Counted from the stretch's first letter, positions 9,394 through 19,701 are shown. The stretch is DNA of 63,792 nt from Actinomycetota bacterium (GCA_025963875.1 JAOPZY010000033.1:1-63792), one strand, 5' to 3'. Numbers and translations are program-made. Notes: generated by a model not told the origin, from the sequence alone.

Positions 9394-9424
9394 TGATGCA
9401 TATGATGCTAAGATCGATGCATCA
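9394..9424 (+). promoter_or_regulatory. AT-rich operator/promoter candidate of vapBC
   Basis: Inverted repeat TGATGCAT (9394-9401) / ATGCATCA (9417-9424) and three GATGC direct repeats. TAAGAT (9409-9414) lies 9 nt before the ATG and there is no SD. Confidence 0.35.
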
Positions 9425-9681
9425 TGCGCACCACGATCTCGATCGATGATCACCTGCTGGCCCGCGCCCGCCAGCAGGCCCGCCGCCGCGGGCAGACACT
9501 GGGGCAATACGTCGAGGAGGCCCTCCGAAGCGAGCTCGCCGGCTCGGGGACGACACCGCCGCGACCTCCCGTCCCGGTTTTCACGGGGGGCACCGGCCCC
9601 CGCCCCGGCGTTGACCTGACCTCGAACCGGGCGATCCTCCAGGCACTGGACGAAGAGTCGCCGCTCGAGAACCTGCGGTGA
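9424..9681 (+). CDS. vapB: Type II antitoxin, VapB-like
   Basis: 85 aa, [20 protein letters not shown]-terminus. 4-nt overlap with the downstream PIN gene. Confidence 0.75.
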   Translation: MRTTISIDDHLLARARQQARRRGQTLGQYVEEALRSELAGSGTTPPRPPVPVFTGGTGPRPGVDLTSNRAILQALDEESPLENLR

Positions 9682-10103
9682 TCCTGCTCGACGTCAACAT
9701 CGTGCTCGCCGCTCACCGCAGCGATCACCCCCATCACCCGACGGTTCGGCGGTGGTTTGACGACCTGCTGGCCGCCGATGACCGGTTTTGCGTTCCGGAC
9801 GTGGTCTGGGCATCGTTCGTCCGGATCACCACCAACCGCCGGATATTCACGGTTCCCAGCCCCCTGGGGGAGGCCTTCGATTTCCTGCGGGCGGTTCGGA
9901 GCCAGCCCCACCATGTCGCCCTGTCTCCCGGCCCCCACCACCTCGAGGTGTTCGAGCGGCTCTGTCGTGAGAGCGACGCCAGCGGAGATCTGGCCGCCGA
10001 TGCCTACCTCGCTGCGCTCGCCGTCGAGCAGGGGGCCGACCTGATCTCACTCGACCGGGACTTCGCCCGTTTCGCCGCTCTGCGATGGCGGACGCCTGGC
10101 TAG
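9678..10103 (+). CDS. vapC: PIN-domain toxin, VapC-like
   Basis: 141 aa. ILLDVN (Asp near N-terminus), [23 protein letters not shown]-terminal acidic residues typical of PIN. Confidence 0.8.
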   Translation: MILLDVNIVLAAHRSDHPHHPTVRRWFDDLLAADDRFCVPDVVWASFVRITTNRRIFTVPSPLGEAFDFLRAVRSQPHHVALSPGPHHLEVFERLCRESDASGDLAADAYLAALAVEQGADLISLDRDFARFAALRWRTPG

Positions 10104-11227
10104 GCCTTGGCGCCCCCGGCCTTGTCCGGCTCCGCCTGCGGATCGGGAGCGGCGCCGATCTCGAGGTCGTCCACCAGGGCGACCGGCAGGGTGAAGGTGA
10201 AGACTGCCCCGCCGGTGTCGCCCGCCTCGACCCAGATCCGGCCCCCGTGGGCCTCGACGAGGCCCTTGGAGATGAACAGGCCCAGCCCGGTGCCCGACGG
10301 CGAGCCCACCCGGCCGCTGTTGCGGCGGAAGAATTTTCCGAACACGGCCAGGCGGTGCTCCTTGGGGATCCCCTCGCCCTCGTCGGCGACGCTGATGCGG
10401 ACCTTCGAGTCCTCGACGACGCCGGTCACGTGGACCTGGCCGGCCTCGGTGTGCTTCGTGGCATTCTCGACGAGGTTTGTCAGGACCTGCTCCAGCTTGT
10501 CCGGGTCGCCGAAGACGGCGGGGAAATCCGGCGGGAACGCCATCGACAGCTCGTGGTTGGCAGCGGTTGGCGCCAGGCGGCCGGTCACCTTCTGGGCGAT
10601 CTCCGTGATGTCGATGGGGTACCGGCGCAGCTCGAGCCGGCCGGCCTCGATGCGGCTCACGTCGAGGAGCTCCCCGATCAGCCGGGTGACCCGGTCGGCG
10701 TCGCTCTCGATCGTGACCAGCAGATGCTTCTTCGTCTCGTCGTCGAAGCGGTCCCAGCGGTGCAGCAGTGTGGAAGTGAACCCCTTGACCGAGGTCAGCG
10801 GCGACCGCAGCTCGTGGGCCACTGCGGAGATGACCTCGGACTTCGCCATGTCGATGCGCTTGCGGCGGGTGATGTCCCGGGCGACGACGGTGATGCGGTG
10901 GATCGAGCCGCTGGCGTCACGCTCGTAGCTGCAGCAGGCGCCGAGCCAGAGCTCGGGGCGGCCGTTGGTCTCGACGAGGAACTCCTGCTCGGGCGTGCCG
11001 GTGGTGATGCCGAGCACGAGGTCCGGGTCGGCGGGGCCGATGCACGTGGGGTTGCCGTTGGCGTCCCGCGGCTGGAGCAGGTCGTCCACCGGCTTGCCGA
11101 GGACCTCGTCCTCGGACCAGCCGAGCATCCGGGGGGCGGCGCCGTACCAGCCGGTGATGTGCCGCTTGGCGTCGAGGACGATCAGGGCGTCTCGCAGCCG
11201 GGCAACGATGTCCTCAAGGGGGCTCAC
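10100..11227 (-). CDS. Cytoplasmic PAS-domain sensor histidine kinase (no adjacent response regulator)
   Basis: PAS-like N-terminus, H-box [14 protein letters not shown]-box [10 protein letters not shown]-boxes DEGEGIP / GTGLGL. GTGA overlap with the upstream gene. Confidence 0.85.
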   Translation of the reverse strand: MSPLEDIVARLRDALIVLDAKRHITGWYGAAPRMLGWSEDEVLGKPVDDLLQPRDANGNPTCIGPADPDLVLGITTGTPEQEFLVETNGRPELWLGACCSYERDASGSIHRITVVARDITRRKRIDMAKSEVISAVAHELRSPLTSVKGFTSTLLHRWDRFDDETKKHLLVTIESDADRVTRLIGELLDVSRIEAGRLELRRYPIDITEIAQKVTGRLAPTAANHELSMAFPPDFPAVFGDPDKLEQVLTNLVENATKHTEAGQVHVTGVVEDSKVRISVADEGEGIPKEHRLAVFGKFFRRNSGRVGSPSGTGLGLFISKGLVEAHGGRIWVEAGDTGGAVFTFTLPVALVDDLEIGAAPDPQAEPDKAGGAKA

Positions 11228-12027
11228 GGCCGTCTCCTCTGCCGCACCGCCTCGAAGAGGAACACCGCAGCCGCGATGCCGACATTCAGGGACTCCGCCG
11301 ACGCCCTCATCGGGATCGACGCCCGCTCGTCCACCGCAGCCACCGCCTCCCCAGGCAGCCCCCAGGCCTCATTCCCGAAGACGAGAGCGCTGGGACCCCG
11401 CATGTCCACCTCGTCGTAGGTTGCCGTAGCCGCAGGATCGGCCGCCACCCGCCGGATGTGTCTGGCCCCCAACTCGGTCAAAACCCAGGGTACAGCAACC
11501 TCCCTGGCGACGGGAACGTGGAAAAGGGCACCAGCCGATGCCCTCACGACCTTCGGGTTGTAGACGTCCACGGTCCCCTTGGTGAGAAAGACTCCGCCGG
11601 CTCCCGCCGCACGGGCGGTGCGCAGGATCGTACCGAGGTTGCCGGGATCGCGCACCTCGGCCAGGACCACCAGCAGGTCGGAGCCCGAGTCGAGGAGCTG
11701 GGTGGGATCGACGTCCACGAAGGGGGCGACCGCCACGGCCCCCGGCGGCGTGTCGGCATCGGAGATCGAGTGCATCACCTCCGGTGACACCTCGAAGGTC
11801 TGCACCCGGGCGGCCCGTGCCTTCTCGACGAGGCCGTCGAGCTGCACCTCGCCGCCCTGCGACGTCGGACCGGAGACGAAGAGGACCTCCAGCCGGCGCC
11901 CGGACTCCAACGCCCCCTCGATCCCGTTGGCCCCCTCGACGAGGAACTCCTGCGCCCGGTCGCGCATCCCTCGCCTGCGGAGTTTGCGTGCCCGCTGAAC
12001 CAGCCCGTTGCGGACGCTGGTGATCAC
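11224..12027 (-). CDS. TrmH/SpoU-family RNA 2'-O-methyltransferase
   Basis: SpoU motifs: VRDPGNLGTILRTA, LVFGNEAWGL, IPMRASAESLNV. Confidence 0.85.
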   Translation of the reverse strand: MITSVRNGLVQRARKLRRRGMRDRAQEFLVEGANGIEGALESGRRLEVLFVSGPTSQGGEVQLDGLVEKARAARVQTFEVSPEVMHSISDADTPPGAVAVAPFVDVDPTQLLDSGSDLLVVLAEVRDPGNLGTILRTARAAGAGGVFLTKGTVDVYNPKVVRASAGALFHVPVAREVAVPWVLTELGARHIRRVAADPAATATYDEVDMRGPSALVFGNEAWGLPGEAVAAVDERASIPMRASAESLNVGIAAAVFLFEAVRQRRRP

Positions 12028-12048
12028 CTTGGGAAGCGCCGGATGGCG

Positions 12049-12453
12049 CTAGACGGGCTCCTGCACGGACTCGGCCCCACGAGGAACCGAGGCGGGGACG
12101 TGGGCGTGCTCCCGGGCCACCTCGACCAGGGCGGCGAAGCCCTGGGCGTCCTCGACCGCCATCTCGGCGAGCACCTTGCGATCCACCTCGACCCCCGCCC
12201 GGTGCAGACCCTCCATGAAGCGGCTGTAGGACATGCCGTGGGAGCGCGCGCCGGCGTTGATCTTGGCGATCCACAGGCGGCGGAACTGGCCCTTCTTGTC
12301 GCGGCGGTCCCGGTAGGCGTACGTGAGGGAGTGCAGCATCTGCTCCTTGGCCGCCCGGAAATGACGGCTCCGGACGCCTCGGTAGCCCGCGGCCGCCTCG
12401 AGGACCTTGCGGCGGTGCTTGCGCTTGTGGACGCCCCGCTTGACTCGTGCCAT
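12049..12453 (-). CDS. rplT: 50S ribosomal protein L20
   Basis: [26 protein letters not shown]... at the internal ATG 12453 of ORF 12049..12693. Confidence 0.95.
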   Translation of the reverse strand: MARVKRGVHKRKHRRKVLEAAAGYRGVRSRHFRAAKEQMLHSLTYAYRDRRDKKGQFRRLWIAKINAGARSHGMSYSRFMEGLHRAGVEVDRKVLAEMAVEDAQGFAALVEVAREHAHVPASVPRGAESVQEPV

Positions 12454-12458
12454 GGCTC

Positions 12459-12653
12459 TTAGTCTCCCAGCAGCTTCCGGGCCCGGCGTGCATCGCCGGG
12501 CGAGAGGACGGCCTCGCGCTGCAACCGGCGCTTCCGCGTCCCCGATTTGTGCTCGAGGAGGTGGCGGACTCCCGCCTGTGCCCGCACGAACTTGCCGGTG
12601 CCCGTCCGCTTCAGCCGCTTGGCGGCGCCGCGGTGCGTCTTCATCTTCGGCAT
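12459..12653 (-). CDS. rpmI: 50S ribosomal protein L35
   Basis: [22 protein letters not shown]... Confidence 0.95.
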   Translation of the reverse strand: MPKMKTHRGAAKRLKRTGTGKFVRAQAGVRHLLEHKSGTRKRRLQREAVLSPGDARRARKLLGD

Positions 12654-12658
12654 CTCTC

Positions 12659-13330
12659 TTACGCTCCTGCCTTCTCCACCTCGCCGGCGCCATTGCCGGC
12701 AGCTTCCCCGGCCGCCGATCCGGCGACGGGACCGTTCACGGAGGAGGGACCCCCCGATGCAGCTGGTCGCTCCCCGGAAGAACCCCTGTGGTGGGGTTCC
12801 TTGGGGGCCGGCTTCACAATCCGCTTCACCGGCGACAGCACCATCGTCATGTTGCGTCCGTCCTGCTTCGGAGCCGCCTCCACCTGCGAGATCTCGCCCA
12901 GGTCCTTGGCCAGCCGGTCGAGGAGCTTGGCCCCCAACTCGGTGTGGGCCATCTCACGGCCCCGGAACATGATCGTGACCTTGACCTTGTCGCCCTCTTC
13001 GAGGAACCGCTCGACGTGGCCCTTCTTGATGCTGAAGTCGTGGTCGGAGATCTTCGGCCGGAACTTCATCTCCTTGACGATGACCTGGGACTGCTTCTTG
13101 CGCGACTCCTTGGCGCGAACGTCCTGTTCGTATTTCCACTTGCCGAAATCCATGATCCGGCAGACGGGAGGGTCTGCTTGAGGTGCGACCTCCACGAGGT
13201 CGAGGTCCAACTCTTTCGCCCGAGCCAGGGCCGTCGCAGTGGGCATGATCCCGACCTGCTGGCCGTCGTGCCCAACAACTCGCACTTGGGGGGACCGGAT
13301 ACGGTCGTTGATCCGGTACTCAGCTACGAT
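12659..13330 (-). CDS. infC: Translation initiation factor IF-3, non-canonical ATC start
   Basis: The conserved N-terminus (I)[19 protein letters not shown] lies upstream of the first GTG (13285). In-frame ATC at 13330-13328 sits 10 nt after GGAGGGA. Low-complexity C-terminal tail of about 45 aa. Confidence 0.85.
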   Translation of the reverse strand: MVAEYRINDRIRSPQVRVVGHDGQQVGIMPTATALARAKELDLDLVEVAPQADPPVCRIMDFGKWKYEQDVRAKESRKKQSQVIVKEMKFRPKISDHDFSIKKGHVERFLEEGDKVKVTIMFRGREMAHTELGAKLLDRLAKDLGEISQVEAAPKQDGRNMTMVLSPVKRIVKPAPKEPHHRGSSGERPAASGGPSSVNGPVAGSAAGEAAGNGAGEVEKAGA

Positions 13331-13470
13331 CGAAAACCACTCCCTCCGCGAGAGGGCTCAATTCCCGCCATAGACCTCCCCAACGCCAGTCGTCAGCACC
13401 TGATGAACGTAGCACCTGTGAACGCCCTGCACAACAGCGCGCGCCACTCAAGGCATGGTACCCGATAGTC

Positions 13471-14349
13471 CTACTCGACGATCTTGGTGATCGGCAGCTC
13501 GAGAATGTCGGAGGCTCCGATGGCCTTCAGCCTGGGGATCAGCACGTTGACGATCTTCCTCTCGACGACAGTCTCGAGGGCGTAGAAGGTCTGGTCCGCT
13601 AGCTTCGACACGGTGGGCGCCCGCATGGAGGGCAGGGCGTCCAGGACGGCCTGGAGGTACTGCCCCGGCACGTTCAGCTTCATGAGCACCTTGCCCCGGG
13701 CGTTGATGGCCCCCATGATCAGGATCTTCAGCTCCTCGATGGCCTGGCGCTTGGCGGGGTCCGCGTAGGCCGCCGGATTGGCGATCAGCAGGGTCGGCGA
13801 CTCGAGGATCGTGTGGATGACCTTGAGGCCGTGCCGGCGCAGGGTGCTGCCGGTGTCGGTCACCTCGACGACGGCGTCGACGATGGTCGGCACCTTCGCC
13901 TCGGTGGCCCCGTAGGAGAGGAAGATCTTGACCGGGATGCCGATCTCCTCGAAGTAGCGCCGGGTGAGTTCGACGTACTCGGTCGAGATCCGGGAGTCCG
14001 GCTTGATCTGGTGCGGCTCGTTGATCCCGGAGGCTTCGGACACCGCCACGACGATGCGGACCCGGCCCCCGACGTAGGCCTTCGAGTACGGGAGCTCGGC
14101 GACGGTGGCCACGGTGGCCTTCGTCTCCAGCACCCAGTCGAGGCCCGTCAGGCCGAGGTCGAAGAACCCGTCCTCCACGTAGCGGGGGATCTCCTGGGGC
14201 CGCAGCAGCGAGAACTCCTGGATGCGGGGGTCGTCGACCTTCCCGTGGTAGTCCCGGTCGCTCCCGCGCACGAGCCGGATGTCGGCGGCCTCGAAGAGGG
14301 CCAGCGTCTGGGCCTCGAGGCTTCCCTTGGGGATGACGAGCTTCAACAT
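13471..14349 (-). CDS. hisG: ATP phosphoribosyltransferase (long form)
   Basis: MLKLVIPKGSLEAQTLALF... at the internal ATG 14349. C-terminal regulatory domain present (292 aa). Confidence 0.9.
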   Translation of the reverse strand: MLKLVIPKGSLEAQTLALFEAADIRLVRGSDRDYHGKVDDPRIQEFSLLRPQEIPRYVEDGFFDLGLTGLDWVLETKATVATVAELPYSKAYVGGRVRIVVAVSEASGINEPHQIKPDSRISTEYVELTRRYFEEIGIPVKIFLSYGATEAKVPTIVDAVVEVTDTGSTLRRHGLKVIHTILESPTLLIANPAAYADPAKRQAIEELKILIMGAINARGKVLMKLNVPGQYLQAVLDALPSMRAPTVSKLADQTFYALETVVERKIVNVLIPRLKAIGASDILELPITKIVE

Positions 14350-14372
14350 GCCGCTCGATGGTACCGGATATC

Positions 14373-14840
14373 TCAGGCCCGCAGGCTCTGGTAGAGGTTC
14401 GCCATCTCGACCGCGTCGAGGGCCGACTCGTAGCCCTTGTTGCCGGCGGCACCCCCCGCGCGATCCTCCGCCTGCTCGTAATCGTCGGTGGTGAGCACGC
14501 CGAAGATGATCGGGATGCCGGTGTCCAGGCTCACCCGGAGGATCCCCTCCTGGGCGGCGGCGGCCACGAAGGTGAAGTGGTCGGTCTGGCCCCGGATCAC
14601 CGCCCCGATGCACACCACGGCGTCGACGGTGCCTGTCGCGGCGAGCTTGCCCGCCGTGCCGGCCAGCTCGAAGGCGCCCGGCACGGAGGCGACCGTGACA
14701 GCGTCGGACGGGACCTTCGCCTCCTCCAGCCCCTCCAGCGCCCCCTTCAGCAGGGCCTCGGTGACCGACTCGTTGAACCGGCTCACGACCACGCCGATAC
14801 GGAGGTTGCTGCCGTCGTGTTCACCCTGGAGGCGCCTCAC
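14373..14840 (-). CDS. ribH: 6,7-dimethyl-8-ribityllumazine synthase
   Basis: RIGVVVSRFNESVTEALLKGA...GAFELAG.. motifs. GTG 14840 overlaps the ribBA TGA (GTGA). Confidence 0.9.
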   Translation of the reverse strand: MRRLQGEHDGSNLRIGVVVSRFNESVTEALLKGALEGLEEAKVPSDAVTVASVPGAFELAGTAGKLAATGTVDAVVCIGAVIRGQTDHFTFVAAAAQEGILRVSLDTGIPIIFGVLTTDDYEQAEDRAGGAAGNKGYESALDAVEMANLYQSLRA

Positions 14841-16048
14841 GTGTCGAGGCCCTCCAGGAGGTGGCCGAGGCGATCGCGCTTCGTGCGGAGGTAGGCGATG
14901 TTCTGGGGGGTCGGGTGGGTCTCGAGAGGGACCCGCTCGGAGATCGAGAGACCGTAGCCCTCGAGACCGGCGTACTTCGCAGGATTGTTGGTCATGAGGC
15001 GCATTGAGGTGATCCCCAGGTCGGACAGCACCTGCGCCCCCACGCCGTACTCCCGGAGGTCGGGCTTGAAGCCGAGCTCCCGGTTGGCCTCGACCGTGTC
15101 CCGGCCCTGCTCCTGGAGGCTGTAGGCCCGGATCTTGTGCATCAGGCCGATGCCCCGGCCCTCGTGGCCCATGATGTAGAGCAGGACGCCGGCCCCCTCC
15201 TCCTCGATCAGCTGCATCGCCTCCCGGAGCTGGGCGCCGCAGTCGCAACGGGCGGACTGGAAGACGTCGCCTGTGAGGCACTGCGAGTGGACCCGGACGA
15301 GTACGTCCGGCTTGCCCTCGACCTCCCCCTTCACGAAGGCGACGTACTCCTGGCCGTCGGTCACGCAGCGGTAGACGTGGCAGACGAACTCGCCGAAGGC
15401 CGTCGGCATCTTCGCATTGGAGACGGGCTCGACGAGGCGCTCCCGCTGGTGGCGATAGGCGATGAGATCCTTGATGGTCACCATCTTGAGGCCGTGGCGC
15501 AGCGCCACCTCCTGCAGGTAGGGCACCCTCGCCATCGTGCCGTCGGGGTGGACGATCTCGGCGAGGACGCCGGCAGGCTCGAGGCCGGCGAGGCGGGCAA
15601 GGTCCACCGCTGCCTCGGTGTGGCCAGACCGGCGCAGCACCCCGCCGTCCACCGCCCGGAGCGGGAAGACGTGGCCCGGGCGGACGAGGTCGTTCGGCCT
15701 GGTGTCGGGGTGGGCCAGCGCCCGGATGGCGGCGGCCCGGTCGAAGGCGCTGGAGCCGGTGTGCTGGGGCACCTTGAGGTCCACCGAGACCCCGAAGGCG
15801 GTCTGGTGGGGGGCGGTGTTGTCGGCCACCATCATCGGGATCGAGAGCTGCTCGAAGCGGTCCCTGGTGAGGGCCACGCAGAGCTGGATGCCCGCCTCGC
15901 GGGCGATGAAGTTGACCTGCTCGGGGGTGACCGTCTCGGCGGCGGTGATGAAGTCGCCCTCGTTCTCCCGCTCCTCGTCGTCGACGACGATGATCATCTT
16001 GCCGGCCGCGATGTCGGCGAGGGCGTTCTCGATGGTGGCGAAGCTCAT
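14837..16048 (-). CDS. ribBA: Bifunctional 3,4-dihydroxy-2-butanone-4-phosphate synthase / GTP cyclohydrolase II
   Basis: 403 aa. Motifs DDEERENEGD, HTGSSAFDRA, CLTGDVFQSARCDCG. Confidence 0.95.
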   Translation of the reverse strand: MSFATIENALADIAAGKMIIVVDDEERENEGDFITAAETVTPEQVNFIAREAGIQLCVALTRDRFEQLSIPMMVADNTAPHQTAFGVSVDLKVPQHTGSSAFDRAAAIRALAHPDTRPNDLVRPGHVFPLRAVDGGVLRRSGHTEAAVDLARLAGLEPAGVLAEIVHPDGTMARVPYLQEVALRHGLKMVTIKDLIAYRHQRERLVEPVSNAKMPTAFGEFVCHVYRCVTDGQEYVAFVKGEVEGKPDVLVRVHSQCLTGDVFQSARCDCGAQLREAMQLIEEEGAGVLLYIMGHEGRGIGLMHKIRAYSLQEQGRDTVEANRELGFKPDLREYGVGAQVLSDLGITSMRLMTNNPAKYAGLEGYGLSISERVPLETHPTPQNIAYLRTKRDRLGHLLEGLDT

Positions 16049-16662
16049 TGCTCTCCTCTCAACCTATCCGGCGCCTTGAGGGGCGCCTCGGGCTTGTTGC
16101 ACAGCAGCGATTCCACGTACTTCGCGAGGATGTCGACCTCGAGGTTGACGGCGTCGCCGGGGGCCTTGGACTGCAGCGTCGTCGCAGTGAGGGTGTGCGG
16201 GATGAGCGCCACGCTGAAGGCATCCCCGCGCACGCCTGCCACCGTGAGGCTCACACCGTCCACTGCCACCGATCCTTTTTCCACAAGATAGCGCTGGAGC
16301 GCTCGGGGAGCCTCGATCCACATGAGGACCGAGCCTTCCTGGGGGTCGAGGGCGGCGACGGTTCCGGTGCCGTCCACATGGCCCTGGACGACGTGGCCCC
16401 CCAGGCGGCCACCCACCGGGACGGGCCGCTCGAGGTTGACCGGGCTCCCGCCGGTCAGCGTGCCGAGCGAGGTACGGGCCAGGGTCTCCTCGGACAGCTC
16501 GGCGGCAAAGGTGCCGGCGTCAAGTTCCATCACGGTCAGGCAGACGCCGTTGACGGCGATCGAGTCGCCGATGCCGAGATCGCCGAACCCGCAGGAGACC
16601 GCGAGCCGCAGGCCCCCTGCGGCGGTCACCCGCCCGACCTCCTCGATGATGCCGGTGAACAT
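16045..16662 (-). CDS. ribE: Riboflavin synthase alpha chain
   Basis: MFTGIIEEVG..., duplicated lumazine-binding repeats. ATGA overlap with ribBA. Confidence 0.9.
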   Translation of the reverse strand: MFTGIIEEVGRVTAAGGLRLAVSCGFGDLGIGDSIAVNGVCLTVMELDAGTFAAELSEETLARTSLGTLTGGSPVNLERPVPVGGRLGGHVVQGHVDGTGTVAALDPQEGSVLMWIEAPRALQRYLVEKGSVAVDGVSLTVAGVRGDAFSVALIPHTLTATTLQSKAPGDAVNLEVDILAKYVESLLCNKPEAPLKAPDRLRGEQ

Positions 16663-16670
16663 CTACGCGT

Positions 16671-16722
16671 GGAAGTCCGGAAAAAATCGCGTGTATGCAC
16701 GCGAAAAGTTCCGCACCTCTCC
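16671..16722. repeat. Palindromic element inside the rib operon (ribD/ribE spacer)
   Basis: Core TCGCGTG-tatg-CACGCGA (16687-16704) is flanked by A6 and A4 runs. The right flank TTCCGCACCTC is shared with the hairpin at 57597-57645. Confidence 0.7.
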
Positions 16723-16730
16723 TGACGACG

Positions 16731-17807
16731 TCACACCGCACCTTCCCTCGGCCGGGCTTCCAGGCGCAGATCCTCCCCCATCCGGCGGGTGGCGCGCAGG
16801 ACCAGGGGCCGGGCCTCCCCGATGGTGGCCGCCGACCAGCCCTCCAGCACCCCCGGGGCCGACCCGCCGCCGAGCAGCTTCGGCGCGACGTAGAAGAGGT
16901 AACGGTCGATCAGGCCCGCCGCAGCGAACGAGCCGGCGAGCGTCGCCCCGCCCTCCATCAGCAGGCTGACGACCCCCCGGGCCGCAAGGCAGCCGAGCAT
17001 CTCGGCGAGGGAGACCCGGCCTCCCTCGGCCGCCACGGCGACGACCTCCGCCCCCGCCTCCCGCAGCCGCCGGACGGCGTCGTCGGGGGCCGACCCCGTG
17101 ACGACCACGAGGGTGGGCGCCGCGGCGTCCAGCACCTTGGCCCCCGCCGGCGTCCTGGCGAGCGAGTCCACCACCACCCTGAGCGGCTTCCGGTGCGGGG
17201 TTCCCCGGACAGTCAGCGACGGGTCGTCGGCGAGCACGGTGCCGATCCCCACGCAGATGGCGTCGGAGTCAGCCCTGAGGCGCTGGACGTCCCGCCGGGC
17301 AGCGGGGCCGGTGATCCACTGCGACGTCCGGTCGGCGGCGGCGGTGCGGCCGTCGAGCGACATGGCGGCCTTATAGGTCACGAACGGCCTCCCCAGGCGC
17401 CGGTGGGTGACGTACGCCTCGTTGAGGCCGGCGGCCGCTTGGCCCTCCGTGCCCACCTCCACCTCGACGCCGGCCTCCCGCAGGGCGCCGAGGCCGCGGC
17501 CCGCCACCAGCGGGTCGGGGTCCTGCATGGCGGCGACCACCCGCGTCACCCCCGACGCCAGGACCGCCTCGACGCAGGGAGGGGTCCTGCCGTGGTGGGC
17601 GCACGGCTCCAGGGTCACGTAGAGCGTGGCGCCGCGGGCGGCCTCCCCCGCCTCCCGGAGCGCCAGGACCTCGGCGTGCTCCGTGCCGGCCCGGCGGTGC
17701 CACCCCGTGCCGATCACCCGGTCCCCGGCGACGACCACCGCCCCCACAGCGGGGTTGGGGCTGGTCCGCCCCAGACCCTTGCGGGCCAGCTGGAGGGCCA
17801 GTCGCAT
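16731..17807 (-). CDS. ribD: Bifunctional riboflavin biosynthesis deaminase/reductase
   Basis: Internal ATG 17807 of ORF 16731..19478. Deaminase motif HAEVLAL...PCAHHGRTPPC plus a reductase domain. Confidence 0.9.
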   Translation of the reverse strand: MRLALQLARKGLGRTSPNPAVGAVVVAGDRVIGTGWHRRAGTEHAEVLALREAGEAARGATLYVTLEPCAHHGRTPPCVEAVLASGVTRVVAAMQDPDPLVAGRGLGALREAGVEVEVGTEGQAAAGLNEAYVTHRRLGRPFVTYKAAMSLDGRTAAADRTSQWITGPAARRDVQRLRADSDAICVGIGTVLADDPSLTVRGTPHRKPLRVVVDSLARTPAGAKVLDAAAPTLVVVTGSAPDDAVRRLREAGAEVVAVAAEGGRVSLAEMLGCLAARGVVSLLMEGGATLAGSFAAAGLIDRYLFYVAPKLLGGGSAPGVLEGWSAATIGEARPLVLRATRRMGEDLRLEARPREGAV

Positions 17808-17845
17808 GAAGTCCGTGTCGGCGGCGGGTGGGGCGCTTGGGGTGC

Positions 17846-19642
17846 TCAGCGGTTGTATCCCTTCACGACCATCTGGTTCTGGTCGCTGAGCCCGGCGCTG
17901 TTGCGCCCCTTCGTGGGGCACGTACAGCTCCACCAGAACAGGTCCCAGGTCCTCGGGGCCGCCGACGGTTCGTAGTAGACGACGTAGTAGGTGGCGCCGG
18001 GTGTGACGGCGACATCGCCGATGTCGGCTGCGCTGGTGCCGTAGTTCACGACCGGGGCGGCCACGTCGGCAAGCTGGCCGTTGCAGGCGACATCCGAGGA
18101 CCCCGGCGTCCCGATCCCGCTGCAGACCCGGATGTGGGCCGTGACACCCGGCACCGACGATCCCGGTTGATAGTTCCCGCTCCCCCAGGTGACGCCCACG
18201 TAGGTCAGCGTATTGGACCGCGCCGTGAACGACTGGAAGCCGTAGGGGGACTGTCCCCAGTAGGGCGCGCCCGGGGCCATCCGGTCGTAGCTGACCACCG
18301 CGGTCCTGTTGGGCGGTGGAGGGGGCGGCGGGGTGCTGCTCCGGGACGGAGGGGGCGGCATGGGCGGCAGCGGTGTGGGGTTCGGGGGGCTCGGTTGCGG
18401 GGTGGGGCTCGCCGTCGGTGGCCGGTGGGAGGCACTGGCCGTGGGCCGGGCGGCCGAGGGCGCGGTGGCCGAGGGCGCGGGCGCGCCGGTGACCGTGATC
18501 GTCGCGGACGAGGAGAGCGTGCCGACCACCGCCCGCACGGTCGCTGTCCCCGGGCCCAGGGCACGGACCGTGCCGGACGTGACCGCCGCGATGTCGGGCC
18601 TCGACGACGTCCAGGCCGCACCGAGGGCAGCGGCAGGCGCCGGCGTCCCGTCGTTCATGGTCCCCGACAGCGCCAGGTCCTGCGAGGCCCCGGCGGCGAT
18701 CACGACGCTGCCAGGGCTGACCTCGAGCCCGCTCAGCTGCCTGACGGCGAGGTTCGTGCGGGCCAGGTAGGCGGTCTCCGCCTTCACCTGGTCGGCGACG
18801 AGGCGGCCCAGTCGGCCCGCCGACGGTCCCGAGGCAGGGACGTTCGCCTCGTAGGACACAGTCCCGCTCTGGCCGGGGCCCAGGTCGGGGAACGTGAACC
18901 GGAGGACGGGGTCGTTCTCGAGCACCTGGGGGCCGGGGGGCTGCAGGTCGTGCAGGGCGCTGGCCGAACGCGCCACCGAGGTGGGGATCACCTCGTTGTA
19001 GACGACGGTCTGCGTGCTCGACCCGGCGTTCGTGAGCGTGACATGGCCGGACAAGGTGGCTCCCTCGAGCCTCCAGGTTCGGCTGGCAGCCACGGTGCCG
19101 CCCACGATGGAGAGAGGAAACGTCGCCGTGGTCGGGGGAACGGACCGCGTGAGCGCTATCGCCACCACCAACCCGGCGACCGCCACCGCTGCGGCGAGCA
19201 GCACCACAAGGACGAGGCGCTGCCTGCGGGAACGAGCGCTGCCTTCTGGGGCGGCACCGACCCCCCGGCCGGGATCGGTTCGGGAACCGGGCCGGCCTCG
19301 AGCAAGGAGGGTCGCTCGTTGCGGCTCCGGCACCTGCGGCTCCGGCGGCCGGTCGAGGCGCGGCAGGGCCGGCAGGCCCTTGAGGCCGGCTGCCACGGAC
19401 CCGAGTGCCCTCGCCGCGCCCGCGGCGCCGGGCCGGTCGCCCGGCGCACGGGCGATCATGGCGGCGAACACCTCCCACAGGCGGGCCGGAAACCCGGGGA
19501 CCGGGCCGGGCACCCTCTCCCGCGCGGCCAGCAGGACGGCCACCGGGTCCACGCCGGTCGCGAACGGTGTCGTGCCCGTCACCAGCTCGTAGAGCATGAT
19601 CCCGGTGCTGTAGACATCGGCGGCGGCCGTCGCATGCTCGCG
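17846..19642 (-). pseudogene. C-terminal fragment of a receptor Ser/Thr protein kinase (subdomains IX-XI, TM helix, Big_2-like Ig domain, Pro-rich linker, Cys-containing C-domain)
   Basis: Reading down from 19642: RREHATAAADVYSTGIMLYELVTGTTPF..., then LVLVVLLAAAVAVAGLVVAIAL. No kinase N-lobe upstream on this strand. The first ATG (19597) is inside the conserved MLYEL motif. Confidence 0.8.
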
Positions 19643-19675
19643 ACGGCCTGTCAGCCCACCTTTTGGCTCAAACTG

Positions 19676-19701
19676 GTTGACCCGGACTGTTGACCCAGAC
19701 T
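19676..19701. repeat. Tandem 13-bp direct repeat
   Basis: GTTGACCCGGACT GTTGACCCAGACT (12/13 identical), about 35 bp inside the left end of the inverted segment. Confidence 0.7.

Noticed and set aside
12659-12810. C-terminal low-complexity extension of about 45 aa on IF-3, and a shorter one on L20.
   Set aside because: Such Ala/Gly/Pro-rich tails are common in high-GC Actinomycetota translation proteins. They are not distinctive.
13395-13418. Direct repeat AGCACCTG x2 in the infC leader, considered as a possible L20-binding or leader structure.
   Set aside because: I could not build a convincing secondary structure, and it does not resemble the known L20 leader closely enough to call.
17808-17845. 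Looked for an FMN (RFN) riboswitch ahead of the ribD-E-BA-H operon.
   Set aside because: Only 38 nt separate ribD from the upstream kinase fragment. The 68-nt ribD/ribE spacer is occupied by a palindromic repeat with no RFN-like conserved helices.
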